NCBI GenBank assembly: GCA_028715015.1
Contig: JAQTLF010000001.1
Location: 29,243-93,242, forward strand
Direction: 5' to 3'
Length of the DNA: 64,000 nt
Source: Candidatus Moraniibacteriota bacterium
GTDB lineage: Bacteria; Patescibacteriota; Minisyncoccia; Moranbacterales; GWC2-37-73
Shown piece after piece: positions 26,678 through 36,522 of this stretch; position 1 is the first letter of the stretch; each line of letters starts with the position of its first letter. The notes beneath the pieces are model-generated. The model made no database searches and was not told where the DNA came from. It saw nothing but the letters and a program-made list of their open reading frames with translations. Position numbers and translations under genes: made by a program.

Positions 26678-27226
26678 TTATTCGCTTTTTAGCGGAAATC
26701 CTAATAATTTAAATAATTCCAGTCCTTCTTTTTGAGAATGCGCATTGGTTGAAACCGTGATCTGCATTCCAAAGGCATGTCGCACTTTTTCAGGAGATAT
26801 TTCAGGAAAAATCAGATGCTCTTTGATACCGATGTTCAAATTTCCTCCCATATCAACAGCTTTACGGTTAATTCCTTGGAAATCCCTTGTTCGTGGAAGT
26901 GTTGCACCAACAACCCTGTCAATGAACTGCCACATGCGAACTCCTCGCAAAGTAACTTTCACACCGATTTCCATTCCTTCGCGAATCTTGAATCCAGAAA
27001 TAGCTTTTTTGGCTTTGGTTTTTACTGGTTTTTGTCCAGTAATTGCAGTCAAGGCGCTCACGATTTCTTCAATCTTGTCATTTTCTTTGACAATTTTTCC
27101 AATTCCGACATTAACCACAACCTTCTGGATGCGAGGCACTGCCATGACGCTTTTGTAGCTGAATTTTTTCATCATCTCAGCTGCCGCCACCTTGGTATAT
27201 TTCTCTTTTGCTGGAGTTATATTCAT
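26678..27226 (-). CDS. rplE: 50S ribosomal protein L5
   Basis: L5 family sequence; operon position. Confidence 0.95.
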   Translation of the reverse strand: MNITPAKEKYTKVAAAEMMKKFSYKSVMAVPRIQKVVVNVGIGKIVKENDKIEEIVSALTAITGQKPVKTKAKKAISGFKIREGMEIGVKVTLRGVRMWQFIDRVVGATLPRTRDFQGINRKAVDMGGNLNIGIKEHLIFPEISPEKVRHAFGMQITVSTNAHSQKEGLELFKLLGFPLKSE

Positions 27227-27276
27227 ACGATTCGCTCTTAAAACAAATAAAATAATATTAATCTATATTTCTAAAT

Positions 27277-27582
27277 TTATAATTCTTTACCACATTTCTT
27301 ACAAAGTCTGACTTTTTTGTCACCAACCTTGGAATATGATACGCGAGTTGCTTTGGCACACGCCGGGCAAATGATCATAGCATTTGAAGCATCAAACGGG
27401 GCAGCGATTTCCACGCGTTGTCCGCGTTGTCCTTCTCTGCGAGCCTTTTGGTGTTTCTTCACAATATTCATTTTTTCCACCACTATCTTTCCCTCGCTAG
27501 GCACAGTTCTAAGAACCTTTCCTTGCTTACCTTTATCTTTGCCTGCTATTTTTTTTACGAGGTCTCCTTTTTTAATTCTCAT
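27277..27582 (-). CDS. rplX: 50S ribosomal protein L24
   Basis: KOW motif (MRIKKGDLVKKIAGKDKGKQGKV). Confidence 0.95.
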   Translation of the reverse strand: MRIKKGDLVKKIAGKDKGKQGKVLRTVPSEGKIVVEKMNIVKKHQKARREGQRGQRVEIAAPFDASNAMIICPACAKATRVSYSKVGDKKVRLCKKCGKEL

Positions 27583-27682
27583 ATATTTTAGTCAAAAGTC
27601 TTTCAAGTCTTTCAAGTCTTTCAAGCCAATGCATTTCTGCTTTATGGACTTTATGGACTTTCGACTTTATGGACTGCAATTA
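27583..27682 (-). repeat. ~95-bp composite repeat element, copy A (AAGTCTTTC x3 + aatgcatttctgc + TTTATGGAC x3)
   Basis: fills the rplN-rplX intergenic spacer; nearly identical to copies at 28049-28149 and 30483-30585. Confidence 0.9.
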
Positions 27683-28048
27683 TTATAATACTTCAGGTGC
27701 CAATGATACGATTTTTGCAAATCCCTTCTCTCTAAGCTCTCTGGCAATCGGTCCGAAAATTCGAGTTCCCTTTGGCTCCTTGTCATTCAAAACCACAGCA
27801 GCATTCTCATCAAAACGGATATAAGAACCGTCTTTGCGACGAATAGCTTTTTTTGTTCTAACCACAACTGCGCGAATCTTATCACCTTTCTTTACCAATC
27901 CTCGCGGTTCAGCTGATTTTACTGAGCAAACAATAATATCACCAACAGAAGCATAGCGTCTGCGAGATCCACCGAGAACTTTGAAGCACTCAATGATTTT
28001 TGCGCCTGAATTATCGGCTGCTCTTAACTTTGTTTCTGCTTGAATCAT
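27683..28048 (-). CDS. rplN: 50S ribosomal protein L14
   Basis: [18 protein letters not shown]-terminus. Confidence 0.95.
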   Translation of the reverse strand: MIQAETKLRAADNSGAKIIECFKVLGGSRRRYASVGDIIVCSVKSAEPRGLVKKGDKIRAVVVRTKKAIRRKDGSYIRFDENAAVVLNDKEPKGTRIFGPIARELREKGFAKIVSLAPEVL

Positions 28049-28149
28049 ATATTTTAGTCAAAAGTCTATCAAGTCTATCAAGTCTATCAAGCTAATGCAT
28101 TTCTGCTTTATGGACTTTATGGACTTTCGACTTTATGGACTGCTATTAT
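28049..28149 (-). repeat. ~95-bp composite repeat element, copy B (AAGTCTATC x3 variant)
   Basis: the same substitution is present in all three tandem units of this copy (concerted variant). Confidence 0.9.
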
Positions 28150-28392
28150 TTATGCTATTACTGTGTGACTTTTGTCTTTGCTGATAGGTCGGCATTGGAT
28201 AAATTCAACCTTGTCACCTTTCTTGAATTTATTTTCCGCATCATGAACCTTGTATTTCTTGGTTGAGCGGTATTTTTTCAAATATTTCGGATGAGTTTTC
28301 AATGATTCAACGGCCACAACGATTGTTTTGTCCATCTTATCACTAACAACAACACCTTTCTTCTTTGCTAAATTTTTGATTATGTTTGCCAT
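28150..28392 (-). CDS. rpsQ: 30S ribosomal protein S17
   Basis: S17 OB-fold family sequence; operon position. Confidence 0.95.
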   Translation of the reverse strand: MANIIKNLAKKKGVVVSDKMDKTIVVAVESLKTHPKYLKKYRSTKKYKVHDAENKFKKGDKVEFIQCRPISKDKSHTVIA

Positions 28393-28421
28393 ATGTATAT
28401 TAATGCCCTTTCTAAAAATAA

Positions 28422-28616
28422 TTATTTTTGCTCGATGCGCTGATTCAATATGGTCAGTGCTCTTGCAATATCAGTCTTCAAAACTCGATACTGCCGGTGA
28501 TTTTTCACTTGTCTGGCAGCTATGTCAAATCTGAGCTTGACCGCCTGAGTTTGTTTCTCAGCAATCAGCTTTTTCAACTGCTCATTATTCATATCCTTAA
28601 TTTCCTGAATTTTCAT
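28422..28616 (-). CDS. rpmC: 50S ribosomal protein L29
   Basis: 64-aa helical L29; operon position. Confidence 0.9.
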   Translation of the reverse strand: MKIQEIKDMNNEQLKKLIAEKQTQAVKLRFDIAARQVKNHRQYRVLKTDIARALTILNQRIEQK

Positions 28617-28716
28617 AGGAGTATCGTTTTTTCAACTAAATTATTATCGAGCGTAACGGGTGAAATGATTCGCCAGCAGGTGAACATTTCCGAGTGAGCG
28701 ACGATATCAAAAATCT

Positions 28717-29130
28717 TTATTTTTCCTTAACCACAAACTTCGTTTTAACATTAAGCTTATGTGAGGCCAAGCGCATTGCTTCTTTGGCAATTGCTTCAGT
28801 GATGCCATCCATTTCAAACAAAACTCTTCCTTGCTTGGTCTTTGCCACGAAATGGTCAACACTTCCTTTTCCTTTACCCATAGGTGTTTCATCACCTTTT
28901 TTGGTCATAGGTTTGTCAGGAAAAATTCTGATCCAAATCTTACCACCACGCTTGACATATCTTGTCATTGCGCGACGTGCAGCTTCAATCTGACGAGCAG
29001 AAATAAGTCCGGATGTCATGGCTTTCAAACCATAGGTTCCAAAACTAACCGTATTGCCCTTAGTTGCAACTCCACGGATCTCTCCGCCTCGGTGAATCTT
29101 TCTGTGTTTAACTTTTTTCGGCATCAACAT
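28717..29130 (-). CDS. rplP: 50S ribosomal protein L16
   Basis: [16 protein letters not shown]-terminus. Confidence 0.95.
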   Translation of the reverse strand: MLMPKKVKHRKIHRGGEIRGVATKGNTVSFGTYGLKAMTSGLISARQIEAARRAMTRYVKRGGKIWIRIFPDKPMTKKGDETPMGKGKGSVDHFVAKTKQGRVLFEMDGITEAIAKEAMRLASHKLNVKTKFVVKEK

Positions 29131-29209
29131 ATGCGTATCTTTTAATTCAAAATGTAAACTTCGATTTGTTTATTATTATCGAGCGAGTGATGATAACAAG
29201 CTCTGCTTA

Positions 29210-29857
29210 CTATTGTTTGTCAAACACTTCTCCCTTATAGAGCCAAGTCTTGACTCCGATTGCTCCATAAGTTGTAAACGCGGTTGCTTTGGCAAAATCA
29301 ATATCAGCGCGAAGTGTGTGCAAAGGAACTGTTCCTCTGGAAAGCCACTCTCTGCGAGACATCTCTGCTCCACCCAAACGTCCAGAAACTTCAATTTTCA
29401 CTCCTTTGATATTCTTGTTCTTTTCGACTTGATCCAACATTGATTTCAGAATTCTGCGGAATGGAACACGTTTTTCCAGCTGTTCAGCCACATTTTGAGC
29501 AACCAAGGAAGCATTTTCCTCAAATTGTCTGACTTCCTGCGCTTCAATCTTGATATCGATCTTCTTTCCTGCAAAAAACTTTTTCTTGATAACCACAACC
29601 ATATCACCAATCCCTGTGCCGCCTCTTCCGATCAGAACTCCTGGACGAGATGTTTTGATGATCAATTTCAAAATGTTTGCGCTTCGTTCAATTTCCACAT
29701 CAGCAATTGCTGCAGATTTCCATTTCTTCATGACGAAATCACGAACCTGAACATCTTCCTTGAGTTTTTTAGTATAATCCTTACCTGCAAACCAGCGTGA
29801 TTTCCAAGTTGTAGTGATTCCTAGGCGCAGCCCTGTTGGATTGACTTTATGTCCCAT
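29210..29857 (-). CDS. rpsC: 30S ribosomal protein S3
   Basis: KH-domain S3 (MGHKVNPTGLRLG). Confidence 0.95.
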   Translation of the reverse strand: MGHKVNPTGLRLGITTTWKSRWFAGKDYTKKLKEDVQVRDFVMKKWKSAAIADVEIERSANILKLIIKTSRPGVLIGRGGTGIGDMVVVIKKKFFAGKKIDIKIEAQEVRQFEENASLVAQNVAEQLEKRVPFRRILKSMLDQVEKNKNIKGVKIEVSGRLGGAEMSRREWLSRGTVPLHTLRADIDFAKATAFTTYGAIGVKTWLYKGEVFDKQ

Positions 29858-29912
29858 AATTTTATAAATCTCTAATTAACTGTATTTTTTAGCTTTTATT
29901 ATTTCTAATATC

Positions 29913-30482
29913 CTATGCTCCTGATTTTCTTTGGAAAACTTTTTTCAAAAATCCACTGTCTTGACCCTTCTTTATTGTCTCTTTTTTTGCAGCCACTTTT
30001 TTGACAGATGTTTTTTCAGAAACTATTTCTTCTTCTTTTTCCTCTTTTTCGAATTCAGCCAAATGTTCCTTCATCATTTTTTCACGAGCAGCTTCCCTGT
30101 CAGCTCTTTCTTTTTCCAATTCTTTCTTTGATTTCCTGTTTTTTCCTTCAACTTTTTCTTCGAGTTCCAATTTGATATGAGAAGTTCTTTTCAAAATCAA
30201 TGTTGCACGTCCTTGTGCTCTTGGAAGCCATCTTTTCAGTTTAGCTCCTTCACCCACCAAAATGCTGCTCACGAACAAATTGTCCGCATCCAAACCGAAA
30301 TTGTTTTCAGCATTAGCAATGGCGCTTTTTAATAATTTTTCAAGTGGCTCGCTTGTTTTCTTCACAACATGCTGAAGTTGCACAAGAGCGGCACTGGCAT
30401 TCATCCCAACAATACTGTCTGTTACCAAACGGACTTTTCGTGGAGATGTTCTTAAATTGTTGAGTGATGCTATAACTTTCAT
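29913..30482 (-). CDS. rplV: 50S ribosomal protein L22 with a ~75-aa K/E-rich C-terminal extension
   Basis: L22 core followed by a low-complexity tail EEKVEGKNRKSKKELEKERADREAAREKMMKE... Confidence 0.9.
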   Translation of the reverse strand: MKVIASLNNLRTSPRKVRLVTDSIVGMNASAALVQLQHVVKKTSEPLEKLLKSAIANAENNFGLDADNLFVSSILVGEGAKLKRWLPRAQGRATLILKRTSHIKLELEEKVEGKNRKSKKELEKERADREAAREKMMKEHLAEFEKEEKEEEIVSEKTSVKKVAAKKETIKKGQDSGFLKKVFQRKSGA

Positions 30483-30585
30483 AAATGTTAGTCAAAAGTC
30501 TTTCAAGTCTTTCAAGTCTTTCAAGTCAATGCATTTCTGCTTTATAGACCTTATGAACTTTATAACTTTATGGACTGGATATTAC
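30483..30585 (-). repeat. ~95-bp composite repeat element, copy C (more diverged 3' half)
   Basis: AAGTCTTTC x3 + aatgcatttctgc + TTTATAGAC/TTATGAACT/TTTATGGAC. Confidence 0.85.
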
Positions 30586-30927
30586 TTATTTTTTCTTTGC
30601 CGGGGTATCATTTTTTGCAGCCTTCATAGCATCTTGCTGCTTTTGTTTTGCAGCTTGTTCCATTTCTTTCTGCATCTTACCTCCATGTCTGTTGAATTTG
30701 CGAGTTGGAGCAAATTCTCCAAATCTGTGTCCAACCATTTCTTCAGTTACATACACAGCGGTGTGCTCTCTTCCATTGTGAACTCCGAATGTAAAACCGA
30801 TCATTTCAGGTGCGATTGTGCAAGCTCTGGACCAAGTCTTGATTGTTCCTTCGCCAGGCTTAGCATTGATAACTTTTTTCATCACACGTGGGTCCACATA
30901 CAACCCTTTCTTTAAACTTCTTGACAT
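30586..30927 (-). CDS. rpsS: 30S ribosomal protein S19 with a basic C-terminal extension
   Basis: [13 protein letters not shown]-terminus; [13 protein letters not shown] core. Confidence 0.95.
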   Translation of the reverse strand: MSRSLKKGLYVDPRVMKKVINAKPGEGTIKTWSRACTIAPEMIGFTFGVHNGREHTAVYVTEEMVGHRFGEFAPTRKFNRHGGKMQKEMEQAAKQKQQDAMKAAKNDTPAKKK

Positions 30928-30983
30928 AATTTTAATTGAGTAGTTGATTAGCTAATTGATGTTCAACCAATTAACCATTTTAA

Positions 30984-31814
30984 CTATTTCTTAATCCTTC
31001 GTTTTACAATAAATTTATCACTATATCTGTTCTTCTTTCTTGTTTTCTTTCCAAGTGCTGGTTTTCCCCAAGGAGTTTTCGGATATTTCAAACCGATTCC
31101 TTGTCGTCCTTCTCCTCCTCCATGTGGATGATCAACAGGATTCATGGCTGATCCGCGAACTTCCGGTCTCTTTCCCTTCCATCTGTTTCTTCCAGCCTTT
31201 CCGAGTTTTTCTGCACTATGTTCAAAATTGCTAACTCTTCCGATTGTGGCATAGCATTCTTTGCTTACCAATCTGATCTCACCTGATGACATCTTAAGTT
31301 GTGCCATTTTGTCATCGATAGCCATCAATGTTGCTCCGCTTCCGGCGCTGCGAGTGATCTGTCCACCTTTTCCAGCAATCAATTCGATGTTTGAAACAAC
31401 TGTTCCTGATGGAATGTTTTTAAGAACTGTGCGGTTTCCTTTTTTGATCGGCGCATCAACTCCTGTCATAATTTCCATCCCGGCTTTCATACCTTCAGTC
31501 GCAAGCACATATTTTTTGTCCCCATCAATATATGAAATAAGACAGATAAGGGCGCTTCTGTTTGGATCCTTTTCCACAGAAACGATACGTCCAAGGACAC
31601 CAAATTTCTGTTGCTTGAAATCAACCAAGCGATATCGACGCTTGTGACCTCCACCTTGATGACGAGTTGAGATTTTTCCATGAGATCTTCCTGCTTTCTG
31701 TGTCATTGGTGCAAGCAAGGATTTTTCAGGTTTTTTGTCTGTCAAATTGTCAGGTTTAACAATAGACATGTTTCGCCTTCCTGCTGTATTTTTCTTGTAT
31801 ACTTTAATTGCCAT
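30984..31814 (-). CDS. rplB: 50S ribosomal protein L2
   Basis: GRNRWKGKRPEVRGSAMNPVDHPHGGGEG motif. Confidence 0.95.
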   Translation of the reverse strand: MAIKVYKKNTAGRRNMSIVKPDNLTDKKPEKSLLAPMTQKAGRSHGKISTRHQGGGHKRRYRLVDFKQQKFGVLGRIVSVEKDPNRSALICLISYIDGDKKYVLATEGMKAGMEIMTGVDAPIKKGNRTVLKNIPSGTVVSNIELIAGKGGQITRSAGSGATLMAIDDKMAQLKMSSGEIRLVSKECYATIGRVSNFEHSAEKLGKAGRNRWKGKRPEVRGSAMNPVDHPHGGGEGRQGIGLKYPKTPWGKPALGKKTRKKNRYSDKFIVKRRIKK

Positions 31815-31898
31815 AATATTTTTTAGGTTTTAGCTTTTTAGCCTTTAGCTTTTCAGGAAAAACCTGAGAAGCTTAGAAGCTAATGCCTGAACAGCTAT
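31815..31898 (-). repeat. octamer AAAAAGCU-type repeats abutting the rplB start
   Basis: sense GAAAAGCTAAAGGCTAAAAAGCTAAAACCTAAAAAATATT-ATG. Confidence 0.7.
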
Positions 31899-32291
31899 TT
31901 ATGCTCCTTGGAATAATTCGATCTTATCTCCTTGTTTCAATGTCACGGTTGCTTTTTTGAATCCTGATTTCGTTCCTTCATGGCGTCCATAAGCCTTTTT
32001 CTTTGGCTGAATGTTCACAACAGTGATTTTTTCAACTTTTACAGCATATATACCTTCGATGGCTAGTTTCACCTGTTTTTTGGTGGCACTGTTGATAACT
32101 TTGAAAGTATATTTATTGTGAGCCATCGCAGCATGAGTCTTTTCAGTAATCCAGGGTTCCACAAGAATCTTATATGCGATCCCGGAATTCTGCGCAGCCA
32201 CAACTGGCTTAGCTTCCGCCTTCTTGGCAACTTTTTTTGCTGCCACCTTTGGCTTATCAACTATTTCTTTTTTCTCTTCAATTGCTGCCAT
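31899..32291 (-). CDS. rplW: 50S ribosomal protein L23 with a ~35-aa Ala/Lys-rich N-terminal extension
   Basis: L23 core (AYKILVEPWITEKT...) preceded by AAKKVAKKAEAKPVVAA. Confidence 0.9.
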   Translation of the reverse strand: MAAIEEKKEIVDKPKVAAKKVAKKAEAKPVVAAQNSGIAYKILVEPWITEKTHAAMAHNKYTFKVINSATKKQVKLAIEGIYAVKVEKITVVNIQPKKKAYGRHEGTKSGFKKATVTLKQGDKIELFQGA

Positions 32292-32334
32292 ATGCTTTTC
32301 ACTTAATTCAAAATTTAAATTTCAATATTCAAAA

Positions 32335-32964
32335 TTATTTTGCGAATTTTTCTTCCAAAAATGCGATTGATGTCTTGCTCAAAAGCAAATATTTGTTGTT
32401 CAACAGATCCATCACATTCAAATCTTTTGTCTCAATATTGCTGATGTTTTTAAGGTTTCTGCTGATCACGGATGTTTTCTTTTCTTGTTCAGACAAGGAA
32501 ACCAAAACTTTTCCAGTAAGTTTTAGGTTTTTGATCACAGCAGCAAATTCCTTGGTCTTTGATTTCTCAACAAGCAATGAATCAAGCGCTACCAATGTTC
32601 CCTGACGAAGCTTTTCACTGATCGCAATCACGACAGCCTTTTGCTTCATTTTTTTGTTCAAATCTCTCTTGAAATTTCTTTCATTAGTAGGACCAAAAGC
32701 GACACCTCCGCCTTTCATCACAGGATTTCTTTTCTGTCCTTGTCTGGCTGATCCAGTTCCCTTTTGTTTGAAAGGTTTCTTTCCTGATCCGGCAACCTCA
32801 CTTTTATCCTTGGTGTGAGCAATCGGATTTCTTTGATTTCCAGCAATAACCATAAAAACCTGATGCAAGAGCTCGTCATTTGCTTTGGCAGCAAAAACAG
32901 CATCTGATACGGTCAAGTCTTCTATTTTTTTTCCTTCTTGATTGTGAACAGCAATTGTAGCCAT
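32335..32964 (-). CDS. rplD: 50S ribosomal protein L4
   Basis: L4 family sequence; operon position. Confidence 0.95.
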   Translation of the reverse strand: MATIAVHNQEGKKIEDLTVSDAVFAAKANDELLHQVFMVIAGNQRNPIAHTKDKSEVAGSGKKPFKQKGTGSARQGQKRNPVMKGGGVAFGPTNERNFKRDLNKKMKQKAVVIAISEKLRQGTLVALDSLLVEKSKTKEFAAVIKNLKLTGKVLVSLSEQEKKTSVISRNLKNISNIETKDLNVMDLLNNKYLLLSKTSIAFLEEKFAK

Positions 32965-33021
32965 AATGTTTCAAATATCTAATTTCTAATTTCTAATGCC
33001 CAATCTCTAAAAAAATTTAAA

Positions 33022-33582
33022 TTATCCTCTCACTTCAACAATTCTACCAACAACTCCCGGTACAGCTCCCAACACTCCCATAATATTCTTTTCACTGTCG
33101 ATATATACAACTTTGATTCCCTTGGTTGTTGATCTCTTGCCTCCCATGCGTCCAGCCATTCTTTTTCCTTTGATGACATGCTGTGGTTGCTGAGCACCAA
33201 TTGAACCAGGAGCTCTGTGGTCATGCTTGTGTCCATGAGTCGCAGGAGAACCTTTGAATCCATGGCGCTTCACAACTCCTTGGAATCCTTTTCCTTTGGT
33301 TATTCCACTGATTTGTACTTCATCGCCCAATTGGAAACTTTCAATTGTAAGTTTGTCGCCAACTGTCACAGTTGCAGCTTCTTCTAAACGGAATTCCTTG
33401 CGGTGAGTGACATTCTTTGTTTTGGCAAGCTCCAATTGAACTGCATCATAACCATTCTTTTCCTGTGTGCGAACAACAGAAACAGTGTTCTCAGGACATT
33501 CAATCAATGTCACATTCAAAGCACCCTGCAACTTGTCGTACAGTGTTGTCATTCCGATTTTTTTTCCTAAAATGTATTTCAT
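33022..33582 (-). CDS. rplC: 50S ribosomal protein L3 (start refined to MKYILGKKIGMT)
   Basis: GKKIGMT N-terminus typical of L3. Confidence 0.95.
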   Translation of the reverse strand: MKYILGKKIGMTTLYDKLQGALNVTLIECPENTVSVVRTQEKNGYDAVQLELAKTKNVTHRKEFRLEEAATVTVGDKLTIESFQLGDEVQISGITKGKGFQGVVKRHGFKGSPATHGHKHDHRAPGSIGAQQPQHVIKGKRMAGRMGGKRSTTKGIKVVYIDSEKNIMGVLGAVPGVVGRIVEVRG

Positions 33583-33767
33583 ATATGTGTAAATATTCGT
33601 TGATTTCGCTTTTTGCTTAAAAAAAATCTGGCGTTCAGCCAGCATAATCCAGGAAAATTCCTGATTCAGCTAGTTGAGTATCCCGAATATTCAGGACTTT
33701 AACTAGAATTTTTTCTTTTTTCTAACTTATCTATATTAAACCACTTCTCAAAATAATGCAAGACCTT

Positions 33768-34100
33768 TTACATCTTTATTTCCACATCAACTCCAGCTGG
33801 CAAATCAAGACTGGTGAGGTTCTCAATTGTCTTGGCGGTTGGATCCCAGATATCAATCAGGCGTTTGTGAATTCGCATTTCGTACTGGTCTCTTGCATCC
33901 TTATATACGAAAGTCGATTTATTCACAGTAACCTTATGGATTTCTGTTGGAAGCGGTACAGGTCCAGTGAATTTTGATCCGCTACGTTCAACAGTTTCCA
34001 CTATTTTACGTGCAGATTGATCAATCACTTTGCTGTCATAAGCTTTGATCTTGATCCTTATTCTTGTAGCTTGTTCGTTTTCTGTTTTTTTCGCAGCCAT
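33768..34100 (-). CDS. rpsJ: 30S ribosomal protein S10
   Basis: IRIKIKAYD...PTAKTIENL motifs. Confidence 0.95.
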   Translation of the reverse strand: MAAKKTENEQATRIRIKIKAYDSKVIDQSARKIVETVERSGSKFTGPVPLPTEIHKVTVNKSTFVYKDARDQYEMRIHKRLIDIWDPTAKTIENLTSLDLPAGVDVEIKM

Positions 34101-34191
34101 CTGAGTCTTTTAAATAAACGATTAAAATTATTGTTCAGGTTAACAGTCGCAAGCATGAGATGAATCTCATGCCTGCTCAATTATCTGAAAA

Positions 34192-35385
34192 CTATTTGAT
34201 GATTTTTGTTGTAACACCAGCTCCGACAGTCTTGCCACCTTCGCGGATAGCGAAGCGCATTCCTTCTGCCATAGCTACAGGAGCAATCAATTTGATAACC
34301 AAGTTGATTGTATCTCCAGGCATAACCATTTCAGTTCCTTCTGGAAGGATAACTTCTCCAGTCACATCGGTTGTACGGATGTAGAATTGAGGTTTGTATC
34401 CTTTGAAGAATGGAGTGTGACGTCCGCCTTCTTCCTTGGTCAAAATGTAAATCTCACCTTCAAATTCAGTATGAGGAGTGATTGAACCTGGTTTAGCCAA
34501 AACTTGTCCGCGTTCAACATCTTCCTTTTTGATTCCACGAATCAAAAGTCCGGCGTTGTCTCCAGCCATACCACTGCTCAATGATTTGTTGAACATTTCG
34601 ATTCCAGTCACAACTGTTTTTGCAGTTGGGCGAAGACCAACGATTTCAACTTCTTCATTGATGTTGATTTGTCCTGATTCGATTCTTCCTGTTACCACTG
34701 TTCCGCGACCTTCAATTGAGAAGATGTCTTCGATAGGCATAAGGAAAGGTTTGTCAGTTTCACGCACAGGTTCCGGGATTTGTGCATCCAAAGCGTCCAT
34801 CAAGTCATAGATTGGTTTCAGAGCAGCGTCATCAGCAGATGCAGCTTCAAGAGCCTTGGTGGCTGATCCACGGATAACAGCAGCGTTGTCACCATCAAAT
34901 TCATATTTTGAAAGAAGTTCACGAACTTCAGCTTCAACCAAATCAACAAGTTCAGCATCATCAACTGCATCAACCTTGTTAATGAAAACAACGATTGCAG
35001 GCACACCGATCTGGCGAGCAAGCAAAATGTGTTCGCGAGTCTGTGGCATAGGACCATCAGTAGCAGAAACAACCAAGATTGCTCCATCCATCTGAGCAGC
35101 ACCAGTGATCATGTTCTTGATGTAGTCAGCATGACCTGGACAATCAACATGAGCGTAGTGACGAGTATCAGTTTCATATTCACAATGAGAAGTAGCAATG
35201 GTAATTCCGCGTTCTCTTTCTTCTGGAGCGTTGTCGATTTCACCAACTCCTCTTTCTTTTGCAAATCCTTTCTTGGATTGTCCGTGCAAAATAGCCGCGG
35301 TCAAAGTTGTTTTGCCGTGGTCAACGTGTCCGATTGTTCCAACATTTACATGTGGTTTTGTTCGCTCAAATGTTCCTACTGCCAT
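34192..35385 (-). CDS. tuf: elongation factor Tu (probable start [13 protein letters not shown]; an alternative upstream ATG lies at 35424)
   Basis: [11 protein letters not shown]-loop; DCPGHADY; NKVD. Confidence 0.97.
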   Translation of the reverse strand: MAVGTFERTKPHVNVGTIGHVDHGKTTLTAAILHGQSKKGFAKERGVGEIDNAPEERERGITIATSHCEYETDTRHYAHVDCPGHADYIKNMITGAAQMDGAILVVSATDGPMPQTREHILLARQIGVPAIVVFINKVDAVDDAELVDLVEAEVRELLSKYEFDGDNAAVIRGSATKALEAASADDAALKPIYDLMDALDAQIPEPVRETDKPFLMPIEDIFSIEGRGTVVTGRIESGQININEEVEIVGLRPTAKTVVTGIEMFNKSLSSGMAGDNAGLLIRGIKKEDVERGQVLAKPGSITPHTEFEGEIYILTKEEGGRHTPFFKGYKPQFYIRTTDVTGEVILPEGTEMVMPGDTINLVIKLIAPVAMAEGMRFAIREGGKTVGAGVTTKIIK

Positions 35386-35645
35386 AGTGTTTTTTTCGCA
35401 TTTCTCTTCAAGCTTTTTGCCCAAGAGTGCGATTGTTTAGGATAATTATTTATTTATCTTAACATGAATTTACTTCAATGAGCAAATTCAAAAATTCCTT
35501 ATGTGGAAATTAGATACTTAATTATTTTACACGAATGAGAATATATGTCAAGGGTCAAAAATCAATCTTTAACATTTTATTATTAATATGCGGTTTTTAA
35601 GGATATTTTGGCTTAAACAATGGATGTTGCCCTATAAATATCCAA

Positions 35646-35674
35646 ATGCAAAAACAGCCCTTTTCAAGGCTGTT
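35646..35674 (-). terminator. rho-independent terminator
   Basis: ACAGCC-cttttcaa-GGCTGT hairpin followed by a T-run on the minus strand. Confidence 0.6.
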
Positions 35675-35693
35675 TTAGAAAGTGTGTTTTTTT

Positions 35694-36026
35694 TCAAGAC
35701 TGATGCGACAAAGAAAGGTTTTCCAACTTGACGACACGTTTTTCCAATCTTTCAAATTCTTCAGCATCAACTTTTCGTTTCAGCTCAAATTTCACCTCCA
35801 CCATGTCGTCTTGAAGCCTGTCTATCTTTGTTTCAACAAGATCAAGCCTGTTATCTATACCATCAAGCCTAACATCAATGCCATCAAATCGAGCATTAAC
35901 ATTTTCAAATTTGATTTCCATAACTTCCGCAAGTGTTTCGATCTTTCCGTCCATTTTTTCCAAAATGGCCCCGATCTCATTTACTGTGAAAGTTTTTTCT
36001 GTTGTTGTTTGTGATGCGTTTTTCAT
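35694..36026 (-). CDS. hypothetical coiled-coil protein
   Basis: 110 aa, heptad-like DxxRLDGIDxRLD repeats; no known domain recognised. Confidence 0.5.
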   Translation of the reverse strand: MKNASQTTTEKTFTVNEIGAILEKMDGKIETLAEVMEIKFENVNARFDGIDVRLDGIDNRLDLVETKIDRLQDDMVEVKFELKRKVDAEEFERLEKRVVKLENLSLSHQS

Positions 36027-36062
36027 GTTCGTATTTTATAACTATAAATTGAGGCGGTCAAA

Positions 36063-36290
36063 TCATTTCAGATAAGTTTTTGCTTCCTCTATTGTAGCAA
36101 TGAAATTTGCAACATGATCTTTGAATATCAGTGTCCTATTGGTGACATTTTCACCTTTTTGATTTTTGTAGGAGTCAGTGATGGTCAGATAGTTGCTGCC
36201 ATTACTGGCTTTTTTCACATCAAAAAAATAGTTTTTACTCCCGGCACGAAGCATTTTGGAGAATACGCTCTCTCTTGAATTGTTTTCCAT
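36063..36290 (-). CDS. DUF3276 / PUR-alpha-like nucleic-acid-binding protein
   Basis: VFSKMLRAGSKNYFFDVKKASNGSNYLTITDS matches the DUF3276 (PurA-like) repeat signature. Confidence 0.65.
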   Translation of the reverse strand: MENNSRESVFSKMLRAGSKNYFFDVKKASNGSNYLTITDSYKNQKGENVTNRTLIFKDHVANFIATIEEAKTYLK

Positions 36291-36462
36291 GTGTTTTTGT
36301 CTTTTGTCTTGCCAAATCCTGTCACTGACAGAAAATTTAACAAGGATTTTAATTTTTATATTGTTTGCTGAGCGTGGCCATCGCTCGCAGTGTCATCTTA
36401 TCACTGATTCAATATCACTGCAAGTATCAACGGCTGTGGATAACTTTATTCCCCAACAAGTC

Positions 36463-36495
36463 AAAAAAGCAATCTGGATCAAGATTGCTTTTTTG
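36463..36495 (-). terminator. bidirectional intrinsic terminator downstream of the pfkB-family gene
   Basis: A6, GCAATCtggatcaaGATTGC, T6. Confidence 0.7.
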
Positions 36496-36522
36496 AAATT
36501 TGCCAATATTAAATAATGAAAG

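Noticed and set aside
27583-30585. A CRISPR array interpretation of the tandem 9-mers and 95-bp repeats.
   Set aside because: The units are only 7-9 bp with no unique spacers, and the 95-bp copies are separated by whole genes; there are no cas genes.
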